From NCBI GenBank assembly GCA_052034935.1, contig JBPOIB010000009.1, forward strand, positions 2,357-66,356: a stretch of DNA of 64,000 nucleotides, read 5' to 3'. This document shows, in pieces, positions 47,040-55,520 of this stretch. A program made the position numbers and the translations under genes. This DNA is from Candidatus Moraniibacteriota bacterium (GTDB lineage Bacteria > Patescibacteriota > Minisyncoccia > Moranbacterales > UBA1568). The stretch's first letter is position 1. Every line of letters starts with the position of its first letter. Below the pieces are notes generated by a model, which made no database searches, was not told where the DNA came from, and saw only the letters and a program-made list of their open reading frames with translations.

Positions 47040-48905
47040 ATGATGTTCAATCGGAACAGGTGGGCGTTCGCGCTTACCTGTTTTCTTTTGTTAGCCTTTC
47101 CCCCCATTCTCGCATTGGCACAGGCCCCGGCGGATATGGGCGCAACCGAGCTGATCGAACAGTTTGATGTGGAGATTGTCATCGGGAAGAGTGGGGATAT
47201 CGATGTGACGGAAACCATTCGCTATCGCTTCGGTCCTAGTGAAAAACACGGCATCTACCGCGATATCCCGGAAGACTATGTCACTCCTCTCGGCACGCGC
47301 GAATCGATTTCGCTCTCGATAGAGAGTATCAAAGACGGCGAGGGGAAAAGTGTGTCCTATGAAGAAAGTCATTCAGGAGGAAATCTCCGCATCAAGATCG
47401 GCGATCCAGATCGGCTCGTCTCAGGTGTGAAGACCTATGTTATCCGGTATCGAGCTATTGGGGCCGTCACATTCTTCGAAGACTTCGACGAGTTATATTG
47501 GGATGCAATCGGCACTGATTGGATTGTCCCGATTCAGTCATCTTCAGTCATCGTGCGGACGCTCGAATCGACGACGGATGCACGCTTTGTCTGCTATGTT
47601 GGATCGTACGGAAGTGGAGAACGCTGCGATGTGGGAATTCCACAGCCGCTCGATACGAAGCGCGGGATACGGGCGGCCTGGAATGAACCGCTTCCTGCTG
47701 GTTCCGGTCTTACAGTAGCGCTCGGATTTGCCAAAGGCTTCGTGGTTGAGCCGATGATATTCGTGCGATTAATCCATTTTTTGTCGAACAATCCACTCAT
47801 TCTTCTGCCGTTTGTGGTTTTTGTCTTCATGTTCCGTCGCTGGCGGCGGGAAGGTCGAGATCCCGAGGGTCGCGGCACTATCATGCCGGAGTATGATGTT
47901 CCGTCCGGTCTCACCCCGCTCCATATGGCTGCTCTCCAGGATGGTCGGGTGACCGGGAAAGCGATTCCTTCAGCCATTATTGATCTCGCGGTCAAGGGGT
48001 ATCTCCGCATCGAGCGGATTGCCAAGGATGGTTTCATTTTCGACGCAACGGATTACCGGTTTACTGAAAGTGAGCGGCGACCAGCGACCGGAACGATTGA
48101 GGCTGAACTCATCGAAGCGCTTTTCGGCACGGCCAATCAGAATGTAACCAGTATCAAACAGGTGCTTTCTTCCTCACTAGTGAAATTTCTCCCGAGCACG
48201 CTGAAACAATCAATGGAGGTAATGCTCCTGAAAGAAAATAACAACAGAAAAGAAGACGCTCGGACCGTTGCTGTCGCCGAGCTGAAGAATAAGTTCTATG
48301 CAAAGATACCTGGCCTCCAGAAGCGAGCTATCGCCGACCTGGTCGCACAGAAACTCTATGAAGCCAGCCCGCAGGATGTCTGGGGGAAATACACACTTGC
48401 GGGAGCGGTTATCTTTTTTGGTGCTTTCTTTCTCATTCCCATCCTCAATCTTCAGGGTGCGAGTATCGTAGCCCTCTTCGCCACGATCCCGATCTACGCT
48501 GTCTTTGTCTATCTGATGCCGCGCGTGACTCGTGCTGGCGCGCTGGTGAAGGAGCAGTTGCTCGGACTGAAAGACTATCTCCAGATTGCTGAGAAGAATC
48601 GGCTTGAATTCCACAATGCGCCAGAAAAGACCCCTGAGCTTTTTGAGCGGCTTCTCCCGGCCGCCCTCCTCCTTGGTGTCTCTGACATCTGGGCCAAAGA
48701 ATTCGCTGATATCTCGCTCTCGGAACCGGAGTGGTACCGGAGTGGGAATGGAGCATCATTCTCAGCTGCATCTTTTGCGACTGATCTTGGTGGCTTCAAT
48801 GCCGCTGCGGAATCCTCCCTGGCGTCAGCACCATCGGGCAGCGGCTCGGGTGGCGGTGGATTTTCTGGTGGCGGTGGCGGTGGTGGGGGTGGTGGAAGCT
48901 GGTAA
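47040..48905 (+). CDS. DUF2207 membrane protein
   Basis: VTETI, HGIYRDIP, ELYW, DLAVKGY, Gly-rich GGGGGGSW tail. Confidence 0.9.
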   Translation: MMFNRNRWAFALTCFLLLAFPPILALAQAPADMGATELIEQFDVEIVIGKSGDIDVTETIRYRFGPSEKHGIYRDIPEDYVTPLGTRESISLSIESIKDGEGKSVSYEESHSGGNLRIKIGDPDRLVSGVKTYVIRYRAIGAVTFFEDFDELYWDAIGTDWIVPIQSSSVIVRTLESTTDARFVCYVGSYGSGERCDVGIPQPLDTKRGIRAAWNEPLPAGSGLTVALGFAKGFVVEPMIFVRLIHFLSNNPLILLPFVVFVFMFRRWRREGRDPEGRGTIMPEYDVPSGLTPLHMAALQDGRVTGKAIPSAIIDLAVKGYLRIERIAKDGFIFDATDYRFTESERRPATGTIEAELIEALFGTANQNVTSIKQVLSSSLVKFLPSTLKQSMEVMLLKENNNRKEDARTVAVAELKNKFYAKIPGLQKRAIADLVAQKLYEASPQDVWGKYTLAGAVIFFGAFFLIPILNLQGASIVALFATIPIYAVFVYLMPRVTRAGALVKEQLLGLKDYLQIAEKNRLEFHNAPEKTPELFERLLPAALLLGVSDIWAKEFADISLSEPEWYRSGNGASFSAASFATDLGGFNAAAESSLASAPSGSGSGGGGFSGGGGGGGGGGSW

Positions 48906-48998
48906 ACAACCCTCGACAGAGGAGAAAACCTGGATTATAATGGGCGGGCACCTCCGGTGCGTGCCTATTCTTTTCTTATCACTTCATATCAAAAACAT

Positions 48999-49886
48999 AT
49001 GGCAACCGCCTATTCGCATAGTACAAAAAACATCGAGCTCACCTGGCTCTACCTCAGCATTTTTTTTATCGGTGTCATCGGAATCGGCTACCTCTTCGCT
49101 CAAATCTACGGCAATAGCGGTATCCTTTATATTGCCGTCGGCTTCTCGGTCATCACCAGCTTCGTTTCGTACTGGTGGAGCGACCGGATCGTCCTTTCCA
49201 TGGCGCACGCGACTCCGGTTGATCGCGAGAGTAATCGGGAAATCTACAATCTCGTCGAGAATCTCTGTATCGCTGCTGGTCTCCCAGTCCCGAAAATCTA
49301 CATCACCGAGGATGCCGCTCTGAATGCATTCGCGACTGGTCGCAATCCGGAGCATGGCGTCATTTGCCTCACAACGGGGCTCTTGGCCCGTCTCGATAAG
49401 GCGGAACTCGAAGGAGTCATCGCTCATGAGCTCTCGCATATAAAGAACCGTGATACGCTCGTCTCAACCATTGTCGTCATCCTCGCCGGCTTCATCTCCA
49501 TTCTCGCTGACATGTTCCAGCACTCGCTCATTTTCCGCGGCCGGGATAATGATAATCGCGGCGGCGGGGCGATGATTATTGTCGGACTTCTGCTTTCCAT
49601 CCTCGCGCCGCTTGCAGCAGTGCTTATCCGGATGGCGATTTCAAGGAAGCGCGAGTTCCTTGCCGACGCCTCAGGAGCACTCCTCACTCGTTATCCGGAG
49701 GGCCTCGCTTCAGCACTCGAAAAGATCTCTGGTGATCCACGTCCGGTCGCAACGGCGAGCGGCGCGACGGCCCATCTCTATATCTCCAATCCATTCAAGT
49801 CGGGGAGTGTCATGAAGCTTTTCATGACCCATCCTCCGGTCGAAGAGCGGCTCGCCGCACTCCGCAACATGAATCTATCGAGATAA
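48999..49886 (+). CDS. htpX: M48 zinc metalloprotease HtpX
   Basis: NAFATG, AHELSH, SRKREFLAD, THPP.EER. Confidence 0.95.
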   Translation: MATAYSHSTKNIELTWLYLSIFFIGVIGIGYLFAQIYGNSGILYIAVGFSVITSFVSYWWSDRIVLSMAHATPVDRESNREIYNLVENLCIAAGLPVPKIYITEDAALNAFATGRNPEHGVICLTTGLLARLDKAELEGVIAHELSHIKNRDTLVSTIVVILAGFISILADMFQHSLIFRGRDNDNRGGGAMIIVGLLLSILAPLAAVLIRMAISRKREFLADASGALLTRYPEGLASALEKISGDPRPVATASGATAHLYISNPFKSGSVMKLFMTHPPVEERLAALRNMNLSR

Positions 49887-49943
49887 CCGTCTCCGCACTC
49901 TTTAGAATCCTTTCTTGTCCTGATTCGCTCCCCTTCGCATCCT

Positions 49944-50378
49944 ATGGCCTGGTCAACATTTGGACAGAAGAAAAAGCCGACCACACTCAAAGCGGGGAAA
50001 AGCGGTCGTTATCAGTTCACGCTCCATTCCGAGTACAAGATGCGCGAGTATCATCTGTCCCGCCAGCGAGTGATCCGTATCATCCGCGCGCCGCATCGGA
50101 CTGAAGTGGGTATCGTCGAGAACACGGTCGCGGTCATGCAGCCGGCTTCGACGAAACGCGTCGCCGACAAAGAAACCTGGTCTCAGGAGCTTTGGGTCAT
50201 GTACAAAGTCATGGGCCAAGGAAAGCTGACAAAGTCAAAACTCGAGAAGGCACTCAATCAGTCCGAACTCAAGATCATCTCGGCCTGGCGGTACCCGGGT
50301 GTTTCACCGGAGCGTGACCCCATCCCGGCCGAGATTTTGCAGGAGATAGAGGCCCGAGGTGAAGAAGAAAGAGAGTAG
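49944..50378 (+). CDS. hypothetical protein, possible DUF4258/RelE-like fold
   Basis: FTLHS..KM, RIIRAP, ELWVMY, KIISAWRY pattern. Confidence 0.55.
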   Translation: MAWSTFGQKKKPTTLKAGKSGRYQFTLHSEYKMREYHLSRQRVIRIIRAPHRTEVGIVENTVAVMQPASTKRVADKETWSQELWVMYKVMGQGKLTKSKLEKALNQSELKIISAWRYPGVSPERDPIPAEILQEIEARGEEERE

Positions 50379-50514
50379 TTTTGTCATGTAGATTAGTCGG
50401 GTTTACGAACTGGCGCACGGATGGTATATTCGGGATGCCTCAACCGTTGGGACACGCCTGTCTCTTTGGGTAAACCGAGGCAATTTGGGCACAAAGTGCC
50501 TGGGAGAAAGTACC

Positions 50515-50724
50515 ATGGGTTGGTTCTCTACCCCCACCAACGCCGACCATCACAACGATGGCCAGCGTGACGCATCGGATGGCAAGCCGTCCACGCCGCC
50601 GAACAGCGGTTTGGCCGGTGCGGCTGTGCGTTTCGTCCTCGGATCGAGCGATACGGTCCGCGAGATGAACGCCGAAGACCGTGCCTACGAGAAGGGCTAC
50701 AACAATGCCGAGGGCCAGAAGTAG
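50515..50724 (+). CDS. small hypothetical protein
   Basis: GGGAG RBS before ATG 50515; promoter TTTACG-17-TATATT at 50402-50430. Confidence 0.6.
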   Translation: MGWFSTPTNADHHNDGQRDASDGKPSTPPNSGLAGAAVRFVLGSSDTVREMNAEDRAYEKGYNNAEGQK

Positions 50725-50790
50725 GCGTCCTGACGCCCCTTCGAAAGACTGAACCCTACGGCAGCACAGAGAAGTGCTAGGAGGAATCGA

Positions 50791-50883
50791 ATGAAAACAA
50801 CCAAGGAAGAGATTTTCCGAGAGTGGCCCAATGGCGCCCTCGGCTTTTATTTTTCGGCGTTGCTGGAGTTTGTGGCTTGTTAG
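50791..50883 (+). CDS. possible 30-aa peptide (absent from ORF track)
   Basis: AGGAGGA RBS; MKTTKEEIFREWPNGALGFYFSALLEFVAC. Confidence 0.35.
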   Translation: MKTTKEEIFREWPNGALGFYFSALLEFVAC

Positions 50884-50970
50884 AGCCAATAAATGAATAT
50901 TGTATTAAGAAAAGGCTGCGATAAGCCTTTTCTTTTGGCTTGAATGAGCCATAAACAGCATACTTTATCA

Positions 50971-50999
50971 TTGACGGATATGCTGTTTTGGTGTATACT
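50971..50999 (+). promoter_or_regulatory. sigma70-type promoter of the orphan operon
   Basis: TTGACG-17-TATACT. Confidence 0.7.
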
Positions 51000-51054
51000 G
51001 TACTTTCAGTTCCTTAAACGTTTCTTTCACCACCACCCACGAAAGGGGTCTCTC

Positions 51055-51405
51055 GTGACTGTGCAAATCACCCTCGCGATCATGTGCTTCGTCTTCGGCG
51101 CCGTGATCGGCCTCGGCTTCCTCGACCGTTACAGCAACCTCCAACTTCGCAAGATGCCGGGGTCGGTGAAGCAGAAGTGGGCGGCGACCATTCTGGTCGA
51201 AATCATCTTCTTGTTTCCCTATCTGGGACTGCTCTGGATGATGTATGACCCGAAGACCCCACCCCTTGGCAATGTCGGTATGACAGGTTCCTTCATCGCC
51301 ATGGTGATGCTCGCCATGTTCTGCCAGACTGGCGCATGCATGGGCATCTACGCCTTCCTTCACCGGTGGACGTACCAAGAAAACCGCCCAACCTCGGCCG
51401 TCTAG
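51055..51405 (+). CDS. 3-TM membrane protein (orphan)
   Basis: GTG start after AAGGGG RBS; three hydrophobic segments. Confidence 0.65.
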   Translation: MTVQITLAIMCFVFGAVIGLGFLDRYSNLQLRKMPGSVKQKWAATILVEIIFLFPYLGLLWMMYDPKTPPLGNVGMTGSFIAMVMLAMFCQTGACMGIYAFLHRWTYQENRPTSAV

Positions 51406-51419
51406 GCCACTTGGCGGTT

Positions 51420-51505
51420 GGGGGATGAATGTCACTGACAAACATCTCCCCTCAACTGGATTTCGAATGAAGCAATTTATTCGAAATCCTGAGAGTTACC
51501 AGTAG
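51420..51505 (+). repeat. intercistronic two-hairpin element, copy 1
   Basis: 56-bp core 51441-51496 matches 51928-51983 at 55/56 positions. Confidence 0.9.
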
Positions 51506-51560
51506 CACCTTCCAACCAGTCGGGCCTATCGCCCATCTACACCCACGAAAGGGGAAAAAC

Positions 51561-51896
51561 ATGCCGGCCTATTACAAACTGGCGAACCAGCGCTACTTCC
51601 GGATCGGCGCTCTCGTAGTTGCCATACTTACCAGCATCCTCCTTCTCTGGTTCCTCATCCATCTTTCGAACAAGTGGGCGATGGAGCAGGGAATGACCCG
51701 TGATGCCGCGCTTCGCGAAATCGGATGCATTTCGGAGGAGTTGCACACGTATCACTCGGTGATGCTCGGCCAGGCGGCAGCAACCATCTGGCGCTGTGAC
51801 GGCAAACTGGTCTATGACCAATTCGCCAATGTACTGGTCCGAGCAAACGAAGATGGCGATCCCACCTACTGGCAGAAGCTTCAGGCCAAGAAGTAG
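51561..51896 (+). CDS. single-TM protein (orphan)
   Basis: AAGGGG RBS; N-terminal TM. Confidence 0.65.
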   Translation: MPAYYKLANQRYFRIGALVVAILTSILLLWFLIHLSNKWAMEQGMTRDAALREIGCISEELHTYHSVMLGQAAATIWRCDGKLVYDQFANVLVRANEDGDPTYWQKLQAKK

Positions 51897-51903
51897 CGTC
51901 ATC

Positions 51904-51991
51904 GGGAGATGCAATTACAAAGATAACAACATCTCCCCTCAACTGGATTTCGAATGAAGCGATTTATTCGAAATCCTGAGAGTCTCAGTAG
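51904..51991 (+). repeat. intercistronic two-hairpin element, copy 2
   Basis: See copy 1; the only core difference is in the tetraloop (GCAA vs GCGA). Confidence 0.9.
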
Positions 51992-52038
51992 TAAACTTTA
52001 CAACCCAATCCTCTCTTCTTTGGCTGGAGACCATCATC

Positions 52039-52944
52039 ATGAACGTGTTCATTCGCACCTCCATCGTTCTTGTTGCCATTGGCCTGTCGGCCTGTGGTAG
52101 TATCCCGCCCGACCCCTACGGCTATGGTGGCTATCACCGTCCAGTCGTGGTCCCTGACCGCCTGGGCTATCAGGTGGAAACCATGCCAGGCGGCCGCTCC
52201 TACGTGGCGGTGCTGAATCCTGATCGCACCTGGACCGTCGATACTGACCGTCCGCTTGCCCCGGGTGTCGCTGCGCCCACCGGCTTCCTGACCGCCTACC
52301 GGGGTCGTGACCAACAATGGCGCATCAACGGCAATGCGGTCCCTGACCGCCTAGTGGTGATGAATCGAGTCCCACAAGGGTTCGATGGTGTCTACCAGCC
52401 CCAGGCTGGTCTGCAGTCGGGCGTTGGTGTCTCGTCTGTCGCTGGCATCAGCGCAGAATCAGCCGCCATGTTGCTCCGTGAGCTCGAAACCGGCGGCAAT
52501 CCGTGCACGGCCAAGAGCCACAACTCGCGCTTGACGGTTGGCAGCGTCATTGGCGGTCTCGTCGGTGTGGTGCTGACGGGCGATCTCCGCGGCCTTGCCT
52601 TTGGTGCCCTCATCGGCGCTTCGGGCGGCTCCAGCGAAGCCAAGTGGAACTGCATGTCGTACACGAGGACCCGCATGGCGCTGCTGTCGGTCATCGACGC
52701 CGCTAAAGCCCGTTGTGAGAGCACGCTCTCGCAACGCGAAGTCAATGGTGTGCTCAGCACTACGAAGACGAAGGAGTGCAAGGCCATCGAGGCCATGGAC
52801 TTCGAACGTATCGGCCAAGGCCAAGCGCAGGCAACGGCGGCCGCTCCGACTCCCGCACCGGCCGCGCCGGTACCGCGTCGCGTTGCCCCAGCTGCCGCTC
52901 GCTCCTGGGATGGGACCGGCACGCCCCCGAGCTGGGTGAAGTGA
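52039..52944 (+). CDS. putative lipoprotein with a glycine-zipper domain
   Basis: Lipobox LSAC (Cys19); GSVIGGLVG...GLAFGALIGASGG; Pro/Ala-rich tail. Confidence 0.7.
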   Translation: MNVFIRTSIVLVAIGLSACGSIPPDPYGYGGYHRPVVVPDRLGYQVETMPGGRSYVAVLNPDRTWTVDTDRPLAPGVAAPTGFLTAYRGRDQQWRINGNAVPDRLVVMNRVPQGFDGVYQPQAGLQSGVGVSSVAGISAESAAMLLRELETGGNPCTAKSHNSRLTVGSVIGGLVGVVLTGDLRGLAFGALIGASGGSSEAKWNCMSYTRTRMALLSVIDAAKARCESTLSQREVNGVLSTTKTKECKAIEAMDFERIGQGQAQATAAAPTPAPAAPVPRRVAPAAARSWDGTGTPPSWVK

Positions 52945-52970
52945 TCCGCTGATCACACCACCGGCCCAAT

Positions 52971-53013
52971 CAACGGCGATTATCAGTACCCCTGACAATC
53001 GTCGTTTTCTTTT
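52971..53013 (+). terminator. terminator closing the orphan operon
   Basis: AACGGCGATT/AATCGTCGTT stem followed by TTCTTTT. Confidence 0.7.
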
Positions 53014-53077
53014 TCTCAATTCTTGCAAGAAGAACTTTGTTATACTGAGGGTATTCACTGCATTCGCAATCATACAC

Positions 53078-54502
53078 ATGAAACATACAAAAATTGTCGC
53101 GACGCTCGGACCGGTATCGGGAAACGCAGAAATGATACTTGCCCTCGCTACGGCCGGAGTGAATGTTTTTCGGCTCAATTTTTCGCATGGCGATACGGCT
53201 TGGCGTCTCGCTGCGATCAAAGCAATCCGCGAGACTTCCAGCCGACTCGAACGGCCGATTGCGATCCTCGCCGACCTTCAGGGTCCGCGCATCCGAACCG
53301 AAGTAACCTTTCCGACTGATATCAAAAAAGGCTTTTCCCTCAGGGTCTGTGATCTAGCTGAGCGGCATCGATTTTCGTCCGAGGAGCCAGTCGTTGCACT
53401 CGATACACCAGGAATTCTTGAACGGGTCGCGGTCGGCCATCGAATCCTCATCGAAGACGGACTCATTGGCCTCTCAGTGACGAAAATCGATGGAACAATC
53501 ATCGAGGCACAGGCGGAGAATGATGGCACGATTAAGAATCGCAAAGGGGTTATCCTCCCTGATACGCCGCTTGAACTCCCGGTTCTTTCAGCGAAAGACA
53601 AAGAGGATCTCGCGTTCATTGTCGAACAGGGGATAGAGTATCTCGGTCTTTCTTTTGTCGGTTCGGTAGCCGATATCGAGAGCGTGAAAAAAGAGATGGA
53701 AACACTTGTCGGCCCGGATATGAAGAAGCCCCTCATTTGTTCAAAGATTGAGCGCAAGGTCGCGCTCGAGCATCTCAGCGACATTATTCGAGCAAGCGAC
53801 TCAGTCATGGTGGCGCGTGGCGATCTCGGCATCGAGATGCCGGAAAGCGAAATCGCGATTTTGCAGAAACAGATCATCGCCGAGAGTCTTCGTGAGATGC
53901 GCCCGGTCATTGTCGCGACGCAGATGATGCAAAGTATGGTGAATAACCCGCGCCCGACCCGCGCCGAGGTATCCGATGTCTCGAACGCAGTCATCGATCA
54001 TGCTGATGCGGTGATGCTGTCGGAGGAGACGGCAGCTGGGAAGTACCCGGTTGAGACAGTGGCAACCATGCGGGAAATCATTGAGAAGACCGAAGAGTCG
54101 CCCTTCGATGACCTCTACCAGGCGCTCGCGCTCAATCATCAGTCCGAATACGCGGTGATGGTTCGGAGTGTGTACGAGCTCTCGCAGAGCTTCAAAGTAA
54201 AGGCCGTGCTTGTGCTTTCGGTGAGTGGCTTCACGGCGCGTCTCCTTTCACATTTCCGGCCGGATGCGCGGCTCTTGGTGGCGACGAGTTCGGTCGAGAC
54301 GTGGCGTGAGCTCGCTCTGGTTTGGGGAGTAGAATCGTATCTTTTTGAAGGTGATCAGAATTTCGATACATTGATTGAGCGTTTTATCGAGCACCTCAAG
54401 AAAAAAGAAGTCCTGACTACCGATGATCAAGTGGCGATTTTCTACGGCCGGACACCGGCGCAGGCGACCATGAAACTTGTCGGTATCCGGACTATCCACT
54501 GA
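53078..54502 (+). CDS. pyk: pyruvate kinase
   Basis: TKIVATLGP, RLNFSHG, DLQGP, KIE, MVARGDLG, ATQM, PTRAE. Confidence 0.97.
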   Translation: MKHTKIVATLGPVSGNAEMILALATAGVNVFRLNFSHGDTAWRLAAIKAIRETSSRLERPIAILADLQGPRIRTEVTFPTDIKKGFSLRVCDLAERHRFSSEEPVVALDTPGILERVAVGHRILIEDGLIGLSVTKIDGTIIEAQAENDGTIKNRKGVILPDTPLELPVLSAKDKEDLAFIVEQGIEYLGLSFVGSVADIESVKKEMETLVGPDMKKPLICSKIERKVALEHLSDIIRASDSVMVARGDLGIEMPESEIAILQKQIIAESLREMRPVIVATQMMQSMVNNPRPTRAEVSDVSNAVIDHADAVMLSEETAAGKYPVETVATMREIIEKTEESPFDDLYQALALNHQSEYAVMVRSVYELSQSFKVKAVLVLSVSGFTARLLSHFRPDARLLVATSSVETWRELALVWGVESYLFEGDQNFDTLIERFIEHLKKKEVLTTDDQVAIFYGRTPAQATMKLVGIRTIH

Positions 54503-54666
54503 TTGTTACTGGATCCCCCCACGTTCTTTACCGTGATGGAATGCCTCGCGTTTACGAGTGCGATTTATCTCTCTTTTCTCCCTCGCAAAGTACGCTCGTG
54601 GACATCATTTTTTCGGGTGTATACTGGTAGCAGGTAATTAGTAGGCTTTTTAAAGAGTTATTCTCT

Positions 54667-55191
54667 ATGGAAGAAAATGCATCAGCGGGCGCACCTCAGT
54701 CAGAAAATCCGGGTGCTCCGAAGCAAGAAGAAGTGAAGGCGCAAGTCCTCGGTTTCGTCGAAAAGTTTGAGGCGTGGCTCGACGAATACATGGTGGTGAA
54801 GGCCCCGTTCCAGATTCCGATGGGCGGCAAAGAATTCCTGGCGACCATCGCGCCGTATCTCATCATCATCGGCATTGTCCTCTTTGTCCTTTCTCTCCCG
54901 GTACTTCTTGGTTTTGGTGCTATGACCGCTGGTATGGGAATGATGGCAGGGAGCAGCTGGGGATATGTCGCCCTCATCTCGCTTGTTTCGGGTGCGATCG
55001 CGGTCGTACTAGAAGCAAAGGCCGTACCCGGACTCTTCAAGCGGACGCGTGCCTCTTGGCGCCTCGTGTTTTACGCGACCCTGGTTACTTGTGCCGGGAG
55101 CATTCTCTCATTCAACTTCATCGGGGCGGTTATCGGCGGCATCATCGGCTGGTATATCCTTTTCCAGATGAAAGAGCTCTACAAAAACTAG
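54667..55191 (+). CDS. conserved hypothetical membrane protein
   Basis: Multi-TM; KAPFQIP..KEFL, YILFQMK; terminator follows at about 55209-55236. Confidence 0.75.
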   Translation: MEENASAGAPQSENPGAPKQEEVKAQVLGFVEKFEAWLDEYMVVKAPFQIPMGGKEFLATIAPYLIIIGIVLFVLSLPVLLGFGAMTAGMGMMAGSSWGYVALISLVSGAIAVVLEAKAVPGLFKRTRASWRLVFYATLVTCAGSILSFNFIGAVIGGIIGWYILFQMKELYKN

Positions 55192-55287
55192 TTCGCCTTC
55201 CGTCGGTGAAACCCCCCGCTTCTGAAGCGGGGGTTTTCTTTTCTCCGAAAGTCGGCTAGAATGCTTCCGTTTTCACTCATCACAAAT

Positions 55288-55374
55288 GGAAAGGTGGCCG
55301 AGTGGTTGAAGGCACCGCTCTCGAAAAGCGGCATACCCGAAAGGGTATCGAGAGTTCGAATCTCTCCCTTTCCG
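55288..55374 (+). tRNA. tRNA-Ser (CGA), CCA not encoded
   Basis: GGAAAGG/CCTTTCC acceptor stem, CCGCT-CT-CGA-AA-AGCGG anticodon arm, long variable arm, GTTCGAATC T-loop. Confidence 0.96.
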
Positions 55375-55520
55375 CAGTGAAAGAAGCAGTCGAAGAAAAG
55401 GAGAGGATACCTGACAGCCCTTTCGTGAGGTGCTTATAGGTAGCCCTAGGGAAATTTTCAAAACAGGGTATCCGAAATGGCTTGCTCGTCCGGGTACGGC
55501 TCGAAAAAAGTGCATTAGCT

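Noticed and set aside
48835-48902. GGT/GGC low-complexity repeat
   Set aside because: Encodes the normal Gly-rich tail of DUF2207 proteins.
51441-51983. CRISPR array or integron attC interpretation of the repeats
   Set aside because: Only two copies, separated by a whole gene; no cas or intI in the window; no RYYYAAC...GTTRRRY ends on both copies.
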